The notes beneath the pieces are model-generated. The model searched no databases. It was not told where the DNA came from and saw only the letters and a program-made list of their open reading frames with translations. 64,000 nt of DNA from Gammaproteobacteria bacterium (GTDB lineage Bacteria > Pseudomonadota > Gammaproteobacteria > JAUIAT01): the NCBI GenBank assembly GCA_030425295.1, contig JAUIAT010000005.1, positions 8,784 through 72,783 of the forward strand, given 5' to 3'. Positions 49,249-58,149 of this stretch are shown piece after piece (the stretch's first letter is position 1; each line of letters opens with the position of its first letter). A program made the position numbers and the translations under genes.

Positions 49249-49687
49249 AATAAAATAAATAATCCATAACAACTCCACTATTAGCTTGAGCTTCAAACTT
49301 TTTCGGCATAATCTTTAATCCCTTTTGCTTCAATGACTTCTCAAACCTACCAATCAAACTAACTTTTGCGAAATAAACTCTAATATCCATATATGACCAA
49401 TCGTAACTAACCTGTCTAAGCGCAAAATCTTTAAAAGGCAAATTAGCTATACCCTCTAAAAATTTAATAGAAGATTTATATTTTTTAATAAACAAAATGT
49501 GCCTATCATCCTCTTTTTTCTGATGCAGCAATTTTTTATAACTCCCATTTAGCCGACTAATTTTGTTATTAATAGAGGCCACATGCTTCGCCAAAATCCC
49601 ACTCTCTGAATATATGACGTATGAGTTATATAACAAGAACCCTGTTACTCCCGATAAAATCAAGAAAAAAATTATTCTAAACAACAA
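49232..49687 (-). CDS. PilN-like pilus assembly protein (assigned by position and topology)
   Basis: Starts directly with a TM helix (FRIIFFLILSGVTGFLLY), followed by a coiled-coil segment. Divergent from mrcA, as pilM-N normally are. The start codon is uncertain. Confidence 0.4.
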   Translation of the reverse strand: MLFRIIFFLILSGVTGFLLYNSYVIYSESGILAKHVASINNKISRLNGSYKKLLHQKKEDDRHILFIKKYKSSIKFLEGIANLPFKDFALRQVSYDWSYMDIRVYFAKVSLIGRFEKSLKQKGLKIMPKKFEAQANSGVVMDYLFYYGFDY

Positions 49688-49778
49688 AAAAGTCCCTAAT
49701 AAATTTTTAGAAAATTTTATATTCTAGGATAGTTTTTTCAATACCGTATTTTTGCTTTCTATATGTTAAAATACCTTT

Positions 49779-52100
49779 ATGAACATAATCTTACAGACAG
49801 GCCAAAGGGTTATTTTTGCTTTTCTTAGCATGTGCTTAAGCGCCCTTCTAATTATAGTTCTAATCTACTTCTACCTAGATGAACACTTACCTGACGTTAG
49901 CAACCTGCAGAATGTGCAGTACCAAGTGCCAATGCAAATATACACAAGCGACAAAAAATTAATTGGCACATTTGGCGGCAAATATCGCTTACCAGTAAAA
50001 TTTGATGAAGTACCTATAATGCTTGCCAATGCTTTTGTCGCAATTGAAGATCATAGATTTTATTCGCACTTAGGAGTTGATTTCATAGGCTTTATGAGAG
50101 CCGCTAAATCTCTTTTAAAGACTGGCAGAAAATCTCAGGGGGCTAGCACCATTACAATGCAAGTAGCCAGGAATTTTTTCCTAACAAAACAAAAAACTTT
50201 CACTCGCAAATTTAAAGAAATACTCCTAGCCCTCAAGATAGACCAATCATTATCTAAAGAAGAAATTCTCACTCTCTATATGAATAAAATTTACCTAGGC
50301 CAAGGCGCTTACGGAGTCGCTGCCGCTGCTAAAATTTATTATGGAAAGCAGCTAAAAGACCTAACCCTACCACAAATAGCAATGATAGCCGGACTGCCCC
50401 AGGGACCTTCAAAGTCCAACCCTATATCAGCCCCCAAACGTGCCTTGGCCCGCAGAAACCAAGTACTTTTAAGGCTCTGGCAAAACAAATACATATCTAA
50501 AGAAATGTATAAAAAAGCCATTCTAGAACCAATTACTGCCAAACTACATAGACCAAAAAGTGAGTTTTATGCCCCATATATAGCCGAGACTGTAAGAAGA
50601 AAATTAAAATCAATACTTGGTGAAGCTGTCTATACTAGCGGAATACATGTTTACACCACTATTAACTCGAAACTCCAAAGAGACGCACAATTAGCCATAA
50701 TCACAGGACTTTTAAATTATGATCAAAGGCATGGCTATCGTGGAGCATTAGATAACTGGGGTAAATCCAAAATTGAAAACATACAAGGCTGGTCAAAAAA
50801 ACTTAAAAAAATTCCTACCTATAGCACCCTGCAACCTGCAGTAATAATTGACGTTGAAAAACAACAATCTACAGCCCTTCTAAAAAATGGAAATATTGAA
50901 ATTATCCCCTGGGAAGGAATCAGATGGGCAAGAAAAACTAGCAAGTGGGGATGGCCAGGCAAAGAGTTAAAATCTGCGAAATCAGTACTTAAAGAAGGGG
51001 ATCTAGTATATCTATCCCGAAAAAATAATTTCTGGAATCTCGCTCAAGTCCCAAAAATTGAAGGCGCTATAATTTCCATCTCTCCTAAAAATGGAGAGAT
51101 AAAGTCGCTAGTAGGTGGGTTTTCATTTAAAAGAAGCCACTTTAATAGAGCGACTCAAGCAAAACGCCAAGCTGGATCAAGCTTTAAACCTTTTATATAT
51201 TCAGCTGCTCTAAATAAAGGATTAACTCTAGCTACGGTTTACGATGACTCGCCTATAGTCCTTACAGATAGCGGAATTAACGCATACTGGCGCCCTAGCA
51301 ACGTAAGCCATAGGTTTCATGGATCGACTAGTCTGCGTGAAGCACTTATCCACTCCAGAAATATTGTTTCTATAAAAATACTACAGGACATAGGTATTCC
51401 TTACACTCTTGACTATCTTAAGAGATTTGGATTCAACCCGGAGCGCCTTCCACACTCGTTATCTTTAGCTTTAGGCTCAGGACTAACCAGCCCGACTCAG
51501 CTTGCTGTAGGGTATACGACATTTGCAAATGGTGGCTATAGAATCCGTCCCCATATGATCAATAAAATAATAGATCAAAGAGGTGAGATCGTTTTTGAAG
51601 CCTCCCCTTTGACAGCTCACAAAGATGCCGCGCCGGTACTTTCACCAGAAAATGCATTTCTTATTAATGACGCTTTAAAAGATGTCATTCAAAATGGAAC
51701 AGCAACTAAAGCAAAAAGACTAAATCGCAAAGACATCTCAGGAAAAACTGGCACTACCAATGATATGCATGACGCCTGGTTTATTGGATATCACCCACAC
51801 CTAGTCACTGCTGTATGGGTAGGCTTTGATATACCTAAATCAATCCACGAATATGGAGCGCAGGCAGCTCTGCCAATTTGGATTGACTATATGCAGAAAA
51901 TTCTACCTGACCTTCCAGTCACAATTTCACAGAAACCACCGTCAATTATAACTGCTAGAATTAATCCTCAAAATGGCTTGCTAGCAAACCCTAACAATGA
52001 AAATGCAATTTATGAAATATTTAGGGCGTACCACGCACCAAAAGAAACAGAGCCTTCAAAATCCCAAAATCAGGAAGATAGCCTAGAATATTTATTTTGA
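49779..52100 (+). CDS. mrcA: penicillin-binding protein 1A (bifunctional glycosyltransferase/transpeptidase)
   Basis: GT51 motifs IEDHRFYSHLGVD and RKFKE. Transpeptidase motifs SSFKP, SRN and KTGTT. Confidence 0.93.
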   Translation: MNIILQTGQRVIFAFLSMCLSALLIIVLIYFYLDEHLPDVSNLQNVQYQVPMQIYTSDKKLIGTFGGKYRLPVKFDEVPIMLANAFVAIEDHRFYSHLGVDFIGFMRAAKSLLKTGRKSQGASTITMQVARNFFLTKQKTFTRKFKEILLALKIDQSLSKEEILTLYMNKIYLGQGAYGVAAAAKIYYGKQLKDLTLPQIAMIAGLPQGPSKSNPISAPKRALARRNQVLLRLWQNKYISKEMYKKAILEPITAKLHRPKSEFYAPYIAETVRRKLKSILGEAVYTSGIHVYTTINSKLQRDAQLAIITGLLNYDQRHGYRGALDNWGKSKIENIQGWSKKLKKIPTYSTLQPAVIIDVEKQQSTALLKNGNIEIIPWEGIRWARKTSKWGWPGKELKSAKSVLKEGDLVYLSRKNNFWNLAQVPKIEGAIISISPKNGEIKSLVGGFSFKRSHFNRATQAKRQAGSSFKPFIYSAALNKGLTLATVYDDSPIVLTDSGINAYWRPSNVSHRFHGSTSLREALIHSRNIVSIKILQDIGIPYTLDYLKRFGFNPERLPHSLSLALGSGLTSPTQLAVGYTTFANGGYRIRPHMINKIIDQRGEIVFEASPLTAHKDAAPVLSPENAFLINDALKDVIQNGTATKAKRLNRKDISGKTGTTNDMHDAWFIGYHPHLVTAVWVGFDIPKSIHEYGAQAALPIWIDYMQKILPDLPVTISQKPPSIITARINPQNGLLANPNNENAIYEIFRAYHAPKETEPSKSQNQEDSLEYLF

Positions 52101-52181
52101 TCACACCATAATAATTGCGAAATCTAGGCTTGTATCCTATATTAAAACAAGGGTCATTAGTTTCTACGGAGAGATCAAAAA

Positions 52182-52697
52182 ATGCAGAGGTACGAGTTCA
52201 TTTTTGCTTCAGCGATCATTATTCTACTAGCAACTATCATGATTCGTGTATATGTTGTGTATAACACCCCATTTACCCCCTCTGACGTTCAGCTTCCCAA
52301 TCTTAATTGGATTGGGGTTATTGACTATAACAACGATGGAAAAGTATCTAAAGAATCAATAATAAAAGGTGAAGACTTATTAATTCATGCAGAAAACCCA
52401 TTAAACAATAATCTTAACAAGATAAGCAAACTTCACCACATAACAGACCTTGATACGAGCAAGGATTCTGTTCTGACTATCCATGATCCACAGTATGAAC
52501 GCCTTAAAGTTCTATTCATAGAGCAAACTGATGAACTGCCTTCAGAGCTTAGAACTCTTGATCAAGTTGGAATATACGGCATTAGACTTAATAAAATAAC
52601 TTCGCACCGTAAGCACGCAGTAATCCTAGGTGATAGCTCCGAAAGGCTCATACATCCTGTACCCAAAGAAGTAAAGCAAAAAAATGAAGAGAAATAA
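52182..52697 (+). CDS. hypothetical membrane-anchored protein
   Basis: N-terminal TM (FIFASAIIILLATIMIRVYVV). No other motif is certain. Confidence 0.45.
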   Translation: MQRYEFIFASAIIILLATIMIRVYVVYNTPFTPSDVQLPNLNWIGVIDYNNDGKVSKESIIKGEDLLIHAENPLNNNLNKISKLHHITDLDTSKDSVLTIHDPQYERLKVLFIEQTDELPSELRTLDQVGIYGIRLNKITSHRKHAVILGDSSERLIHPVPKEVKQKNEEK

Positions 52698-52758
52698 AAT
52701 AATTAAACCTTAAACTGTGCTAAAATGATCGCAGAGAAAAAATCCAAATAGGGAAATA

Positions 52759-54015
52759 ATGAGCTCAAACTCAGCTAAAAATGCACATATACTTGCGATT
52801 ATAGCATGCGTCTTAGCGTCTTTGTTTTATTGCTATGAGTTTTTCATACGCCTAATGCCAACCACAATGACTGATGAATTAATGGCATTTTTCAACATGG
52901 ATCACGGCCTACTTGGTCTTCTAGGAGGGGCATTCTTCTGGGGGTATGCACCCATGCAAATTCCAGCCGGACTTATTCTGGACAGAATAGGAGCAAAAAA
53001 AACACTAGCATTTGCTATGGTTTTCTGCTCTTTAGGCACATTCTTGTTTGCGTTAACCTCTAGCTTTTCTTTAGCCTGCTTATCAAGATTTATTATCGGA
53101 ATTTCAGCATCTTTTGCCTACCCAGGCACTCTTCTCCTAGCAGCCAAAGCCTTTAAACCTAAATTCTTCACCTCAATCGTTGGGATTGTGCAACTTTTCG
53201 GAAGCACTGGAGCAATAATTGGTGTTGGTCCTGTTGCTTATGCTGTAAGCCATTGGGGATGGCAAGCTACCGTTAATTTTGGTGCATCGGTAGGGTTAGC
53301 CCTAGCTTTATTATTCTGGTTTGCAACAAAAAATCTTAAAACTCAAATCGCGCCACACAACCCAGAATACAATGCCCATAACGAATGGAGCCGCTTAAAA
53401 AACATCCTTCAAAACAAACAAAGCTGGGCAGTAGGTTTATTCTCTTTTACTATCTGGGGCCCTATTTCTGTATTTGCTACCTTCTGGTGCGTACCATTCT
53501 TGACTGAACAAGGTTACAGTATGGCACAAGCAAGCTTGCTGGATAGCTGCATATGGATTGGTGTTGCTCTTGGAGGCCCAATATTAGGCGCTATTTCTAA
53601 TATTATTGGAAAAAGAAGAATACCAATAGCTTTTTGTTCTATTACTGCTATTTGTACAGCATCCACATTCCTATACTTACCTCACCCTAGCGTTTACACC
53701 CTGGGGATAGCAATGTTTTTCTTTGGTGTAGCTGCTTCAGGACAAGCTGTCACATTTGGTATAGTTCAGGACATGACACCTTTATCAATTCAAGGTACGG
53801 CATTTGGGTTTAATAATATGGCGATTGTTATGGGAGGAGTAATGCTAACCCCTCTTGTCGGAGGACTTGTTGAAATATTTTCAGGATTTCTACCCCTAAC
53901 CGAAGCTTACAAAGTCGCGCTTTCTGTAATTCCAATTTGCAGTCTAACTGGTCTTTTTACGAGCATTTTTCTAATAAAAGAGACAAATTGCACCACAACT
54001 TATAAAAATAATTAA
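52759..54015 (+). CDS. MFS transporter
   Basis: 418 aa, 12 predicted helices, with the loop 2-3 motif GLILDRIGAKKTL. Paralogous to 60798-62090. Confidence 0.85.
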   Translation: MSSNSAKNAHILAIIACVLASLFYCYEFFIRLMPTTMTDELMAFFNMDHGLLGLLGGAFFWGYAPMQIPAGLILDRIGAKKTLAFAMVFCSLGTFLFALTSSFSLACLSRFIIGISASFAYPGTLLLAAKAFKPKFFTSIVGIVQLFGSTGAIIGVGPVAYAVSHWGWQATVNFGASVGLALALLFWFATKNLKTQIAPHNPEYNAHNEWSRLKNILQNKQSWAVGLFSFTIWGPISVFATFWCVPFLTEQGYSMAQASLLDSCIWIGVALGGPILGAISNIIGKRRIPIAFCSITAICTASTFLYLPHPSVYTLGIAMFFFGVAASGQAVTFGIVQDMTPLSIQGTAFGFNNMAIVMGGVMLTPLVGGLVEIFSGFLPLTEAYKVALSVIPICSLTGLFTSIFLIKETNCTTTYKNN

Positions 54016-54309
54016 TTTTAACAAATCCTATGTTTACTATGATTTCAAGACAAAAAGTGACAATTAATAGAACAAAAACACAGAAACCTTAAAAAAATCT
54101 TAAATAAACTGTTGCGAAACATGTTTCTTTTTTCTACAATGGTTTTCCTGCCTTTTTTGTTTTATTTTTAAACATAAGCAAAATAAGGCACGTTGGTGCC
54201 AACTAACCTCCAAGTATACTTGAAAAAAGTTGGCACGCTGTTAGAATCACAATGATTAGTTAGGGAATAACCTGCTTAATCTTGTGTTAAATAAATGGAG
54301 AGGAAACTT

Positions 54310-54588
54310 ATGAGCACAACTGAAAACGTAAAAATTCAGCACAAGACATCCGCTGGTCAGCAGCAAGCATTGAGCCAGTCTGTAAAACAAGCTCTTGATA
54401 ACTACTTTGCGCAACTAGATGGTCAAGAACCAGCTAATCTTTATCAATTAGTACTGGACGAGATGAGACTTCCTCTACTTGAAGCTGTAATGCAATATAC
54501 AAATCAGAACCAAAGCAAGGCTGCTATTATTATGGGGCTAAGCCGCGGAACTTTACGTAAATTGCTAAAAATTTACAACATGCTTTAA
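54310..54588 (+). CDS. fis: DNA-binding protein Fis
   Basis: [26 protein letters not shown]...[15 protein letters not shown] aligns with E. coli Fis. A GGAGAGGAAA RBS favours the ATG at 54310. Confidence 0.92.
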   Translation: MSTTENVKIQHKTSAGQQQALSQSVKQALDNYFAQLDGQEPANLYQLVLDEMRLPLLEAVMQYTNQNQSKAAIIMGLSRGTLRKLLKIYNML

Positions 54589-54689
54589 TAGTTGTAGAGA
54601 CTTATGGGGGAGCCATTCTTTCTGCAGCATCCACTTCGATGGATACTCAAACAGCTCCCTCTTAAATTTCCATTCATAAGGGATTTAAC

Positions 54690-55349
54690 ATGAAAACGGA
54701 AATTGAAGAAATCTTCGAAACCCAAATTACTAAAAAGCCAACATCAAAAAACTCACCTAACCCAATCAAGAACAGAATAAGACAACCAAACACGTTCCAA
54801 AGCTCAAAACTATTCACAGCAACTAATGCTTTAAACCCTCTAATCCAGGCGGCAACCCCAATACTTACTATTGCAACCAGAATTAATAAACTTCCAGAAA
54901 ATACCGACTATGAAGACTTATCTGAATCACTAATTCATGAAATAGAAGCCTTCGAAAGCCAAGCACAAAAATTTGAATACGACCCTAACACTGTACTTGC
55001 AGCAAGATATTGCCTATGCGCCCTGCTTGACGATTTAATATTACAAAGCAAGTTAGAGCCAAAACACCAAAAGAGCTCACATATACTTTGGCACTTTCAT
55101 TCTGAATCAATAAATGATGCCAAAGCTATTGCAATTATTCAACGCTGCCAAGAAGAACCCAAGAAATACCTTGATGCACTTGAATTAATGTACCTAATTC
55201 TAAGTCTTGGTTTTGAAGGAAATTTACGCCATGACAACCAAGGCTATAAGCTACTACAACAAACAAGAAACGATATATACCATCAAATTAGGGGATTAAG
55301 AGGGGCGCCTGAGGCCCCTCTACCAGTTCATATAGAGGAAAGGGACTAG
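54690..55349 (+). CDS. icmH: DotU/IcmH (TssL-family) protein, cytoplasmic domain only
   Basis: NPLIQAATPILTIATRINKL, AARYCLCALLDDLIL and LDALELMYLILSLGFEGNLR match DotU-family signatures. It ends without a TM helix. Confidence 0.85.
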   Translation: MKTEIEEIFETQITKKPTSKNSPNPIKNRIRQPNTFQSSKLFTATNALNPLIQAATPILTIATRINKLPENTDYEDLSESLIHEIEAFESQAQKFEYDPNTVLAARYCLCALLDDLILQSKLEPKHQKSSHILWHFHSESINDAKAIAIIQRCQEEPKKYLDALELMYLILSLGFEGNLRHDNQGYKLLQQTRNDIYHQIRGLRGAPEAPLPVHIEERD

Positions 55350-55355
55350 AACCAT

Positions 55356-57899
55356 ATGAAACCTAACGCTAAAGAGCTTAACTGGAAGTTTGCTGGAATC
55401 ACAACAAAATTTGCAATTATTACCGGATTAATCTGGTGGCTATCTCCCTTTCTTCAGTTCGGTGAATCCAGACCTTTTGCTGACCCAAGCATAAGGCTTG
55501 TGATAATAGGTGGTGTTTTAATTCTCTGGGGAATAAGCAGCTTCAGACTAGCAATTAAATACATCGACACAAGCAACAACCCACCGCATACCCCTGGATT
55601 CTGGCAACTGCTAAAAGAAATAACGCCTTGGTTCTTCAAGAATAAACTTCAAAAAAACATTAGCAAGCCTTGGACCTGGATTATAGGAGATACTAAGTCT
55701 GGAAAGTCTACTATCGCTATAAAATCTGGACATTCACAACTGGAAACTTGTGCACATAGCCTTTTTCAAGCTTGGAAATCAGAAGATGGTATTACCTTTG
55801 AAGTATCTATAGAAAACTGCCATTCACTGAAAATTCTGCTATCTATATTTCAAGTTCTACGACTTGGAAAAACGCCCGCCGACAAAGTCTTGATAGCAAT
55901 TCCCCCTCAAGACCTAGTCAACAATAAGCTCCAAAGCTGGCAAAAGACTCTAGGTTCAGCCTTAAACTCAAAAAAATTTAAAAAAAGCCCAGTACAAATA
56001 GTTGTCACTCAAGCAGATCAAATACCTGGTTTTATTGCATTCTCATCTTCAATATCAAAATTACAGCAAGAATTACCATTTGGCTTCAAGCTTACTGACA
56101 ACCTTACGACCTGGAACACCGTATTTCATAACACTTTCCAGAAATTTATTGATGAATTACACAAACATTTAATTACCGAGCTACATAAAGAGCATGACCT
56201 ATCAAAACGCCAAACTATTGCGGAATTTCCACTGCAAATCACACAGTATTATAAATTCATAGAACAAACATGCAGACAGCTGCATATGCTTGGGGCACCA
56301 GCTATCGAAGCAGTTTACTGGACTAGCTGCATAAATAAAAATGAATCAAACGACCTAATATCACCTTGTATAGAGACCAAGTTCCCCACTATTAGAGCAA
56401 ATATTAAAAACTTTGAACCAATTGAACAAACTTTTTTTGTTCATCATCTTTTTAAGTCGTTTAATAGAAAACAAAAAATTGGCAGCAAGAAAAAAATTAT
56501 ATTTGCATGCCTCTGCATACTATTAGTAGGAGTTATTTCCTTTAACATATCTAAAAACAAATTTAACCCCTTATATTTAATGGAAAAAAATCAAAAAAAT
56601 ATAGGGTTGCAGCTTATACCAAACAATTCCAGTCTATTTGCTCAGCAAGTTCAGTTAGAAGAAAAATATTCAGCGCGATCACTCAACAATCAATTAGAAA
56701 AAGCTGGCAAAGATCAACAAAAACAAATTCTTTCTAACTTTATTGCCCGATGGAAAGAAGGAATCACCAATATTCAGCTACAAAAGATTGATAACCTCTA
56801 CAATGCATCAAAATATTTTCAAGAAGGGGTCACCTTAACCACAGCCTTAAACAGCGCAAAAGCTAATATTTTTTCAAACCATAACCCTGCCTATGTAAAT
56901 ATAGAAATGCGTAATCAATTCCCCCGTTTGACAGAACTCACAGAAGACGATTTGACAAACTTAAAAACTAACTTTGAAAATCTAGCTGCCAAAAGCAAAA
57001 CTTGGATGAATTCAGACAACCCCGAAAAAGAGATTTTCAAATTTGTTAAAAATCGATTTGCCACTTCCGACAAAAAAGTTGATAGCCTAGACTCTTTATT
57101 GCTCTTAAGTGCGAAGCTTCCATCACCCCTAGATAAATCAGTTTTTGAGTTTGCTGAAAGTTTTTGGAAAACAGCTCTTGCTATAAGTGCCAATTATATT
57201 CATGTCAATTGGAAAAATGACATTTATCCAGCTTTTGCACACAGCCTTCAAAATAAATATCCTTTTGCTATAAATTCAAATCAAGGCGAAATATCCCTAA
57301 ACAATTTATATGACTTTATAGGGCCTAAAGGAAAACTCACGCAATTCATGACAAATTACATCAAGGATTTCACATCATTGGAAGATGGTAAGCTACGATG
57401 GAAACAACTAGACGGGGCTAAACTTAAAATAGACGATCAGGCTCTAGATTTATTTGCCCAATCACGAGCCCTGCAACAAATGTTTTACGACAAGAGAAAC
57501 ACTGCGGATCACCCAGAAGTTGGGTTCACCCTTATAGCTACTGATCTTAGCCCACAGACCTCACAAGTTATTCTTGATATTCAAAATTCAAAAATTATAG
57601 CGTCACCAAGCGACATGAATGTTAATAAAGTTAAGTGGACAGGCTTGCCAAACCCTACAGCTTCATTAGAATTTATTACAGATAAAGGCAAAACAGAAAA
57701 AGTAGAACAAACAGGTGATTGGGCATGGTTTAAGCTCCTTGATGGAGCGCACATCAACGGAACAGACGATCCACGCCGCTTTAATGTTATATTTGACCTT
57801 AATGGTCATGCAGCCAAGTTCATATTGATTGCAGATTTAAAAAATAATCCATTTGAACTGTCTCACTTACACGAATTTACAATTCCTAAAGACTTGTAA
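55356..57899 (+). CDS. icmF: IcmF (TssM-family) protein
   Basis: Two N-terminal TM helices, Walker A GDTKSGKST (about 55686-55712), a third TM (IIFACLCILLVGVISF), and a large C-terminal domain. It starts 6 nt after dotU. Confidence 0.8.
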   Translation: MKPNAKELNWKFAGITTKFAIITGLIWWLSPFLQFGESRPFADPSIRLVIIGGVLILWGISSFRLAIKYIDTSNNPPHTPGFWQLLKEITPWFFKNKLQKNISKPWTWIIGDTKSGKSTIAIKSGHSQLETCAHSLFQAWKSEDGITFEVSIENCHSLKILLSIFQVLRLGKTPADKVLIAIPPQDLVNNKLQSWQKTLGSALNSKKFKKSPVQIVVTQADQIPGFIAFSSSISKLQQELPFGFKLTDNLTTWNTVFHNTFQKFIDELHKHLITELHKEHDLSKRQTIAEFPLQITQYYKFIEQTCRQLHMLGAPAIEAVYWTSCINKNESNDLISPCIETKFPTIRANIKNFEPIEQTFFVHHLFKSFNRKQKIGSKKKIIFACLCILLVGVISFNISKNKFNPLYLMEKNQKNIGLQLIPNNSSLFAQQVQLEEKYSARSLNNQLEKAGKDQQKQILSNFIARWKEGITNIQLQKIDNLYNASKYFQEGVTLTTALNSAKANIFSNHNPAYVNIEMRNQFPRLTELTEDDLTNLKTNFENLAAKSKTWMNSDNPEKEIFKFVKNRFATSDKKVDSLDSLLLLSAKLPSPLDKSVFEFAESFWKTALAISANYIHVNWKNDIYPAFAHSLQNKYPFAINSNQGEISLNNLYDFIGPKGKLTQFMTNYIKDFTSLEDGKLRWKQLDGAKLKIDDQALDLFAQSRALQQMFYDKRNTADHPEVGFTLIATDLSPQTSQVILDIQNSKIIASPSDMNVNKVKWTGLPNPTASLEFITDKGKTEKVEQTGDWAWFKLLDGAHINGTDDPRRFNVIFDLNGHAAKFILIADLKNNPFELSHLHEFTIPKDL

Positions 57900-57953
57900 A
57901 TTCGTGACATAACTGCATTCGGTAATCCAGAGAATATACGTAAACAGATTTTC

Positions 57954-58032
57954 CAGCAGCTCCCGCTCGATTATGGAGCCCCCAGATTTGGCGCACTTCC
58001 TTAAATTGTGCAATTCCTAGCGGGAACTACTG
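57954..58032. repeat. MITE-like element, family CAGCAGCTCCCGCTC (copy 3, most complete)
   Basis: Termini CAGCAGCTCCCGCTCG and CTAGCGGGAACTACTG form imperfect inverted repeats (13/16). Confidence 0.8.
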
Positions 58033-58149
58033 TATATTTACCCAGAAAGCTTGAAACCTACTGTTATACCATTTTCTGGAATGCCAAGCCTATATCGGTT
58101 ATCCTGTTCCTACTTCAACGGATAAACAAAGATCAGGAAATTACTCTAT

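Noticed and set aside
52320-52360. EF-hand-like loop DYNNDGKVSKES in the 171-aa membrane-anchored protein.
   Set aside because: The acidic bidentate ligand falls at loop position 11 rather than 12, and there are no flanking helices that I can justify. This is insufficient for a calcium-binding call.
54190-54240. GGCAC/GTGCC-containing inverted repeat (GTGCCAAC...GTTGGCAC) upstream of fis. Considered as a sigma-54 promoter.
   Set aside because: TGGCAC is not followed by TTGC at the required 5-nt spacing. It is more likely a simple operator-like palindrome or chance.
54690-57899. Reading DotU/IcmF as part of a type VI secretion cluster.
   Set aside because: No TssA-K, Hcp, VgrG, ClpV or PAAR genes flank the pair. 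Given the other Legionellales-like features, a T4BSS accessory role is more likely. This cannot be proven from the window alone.
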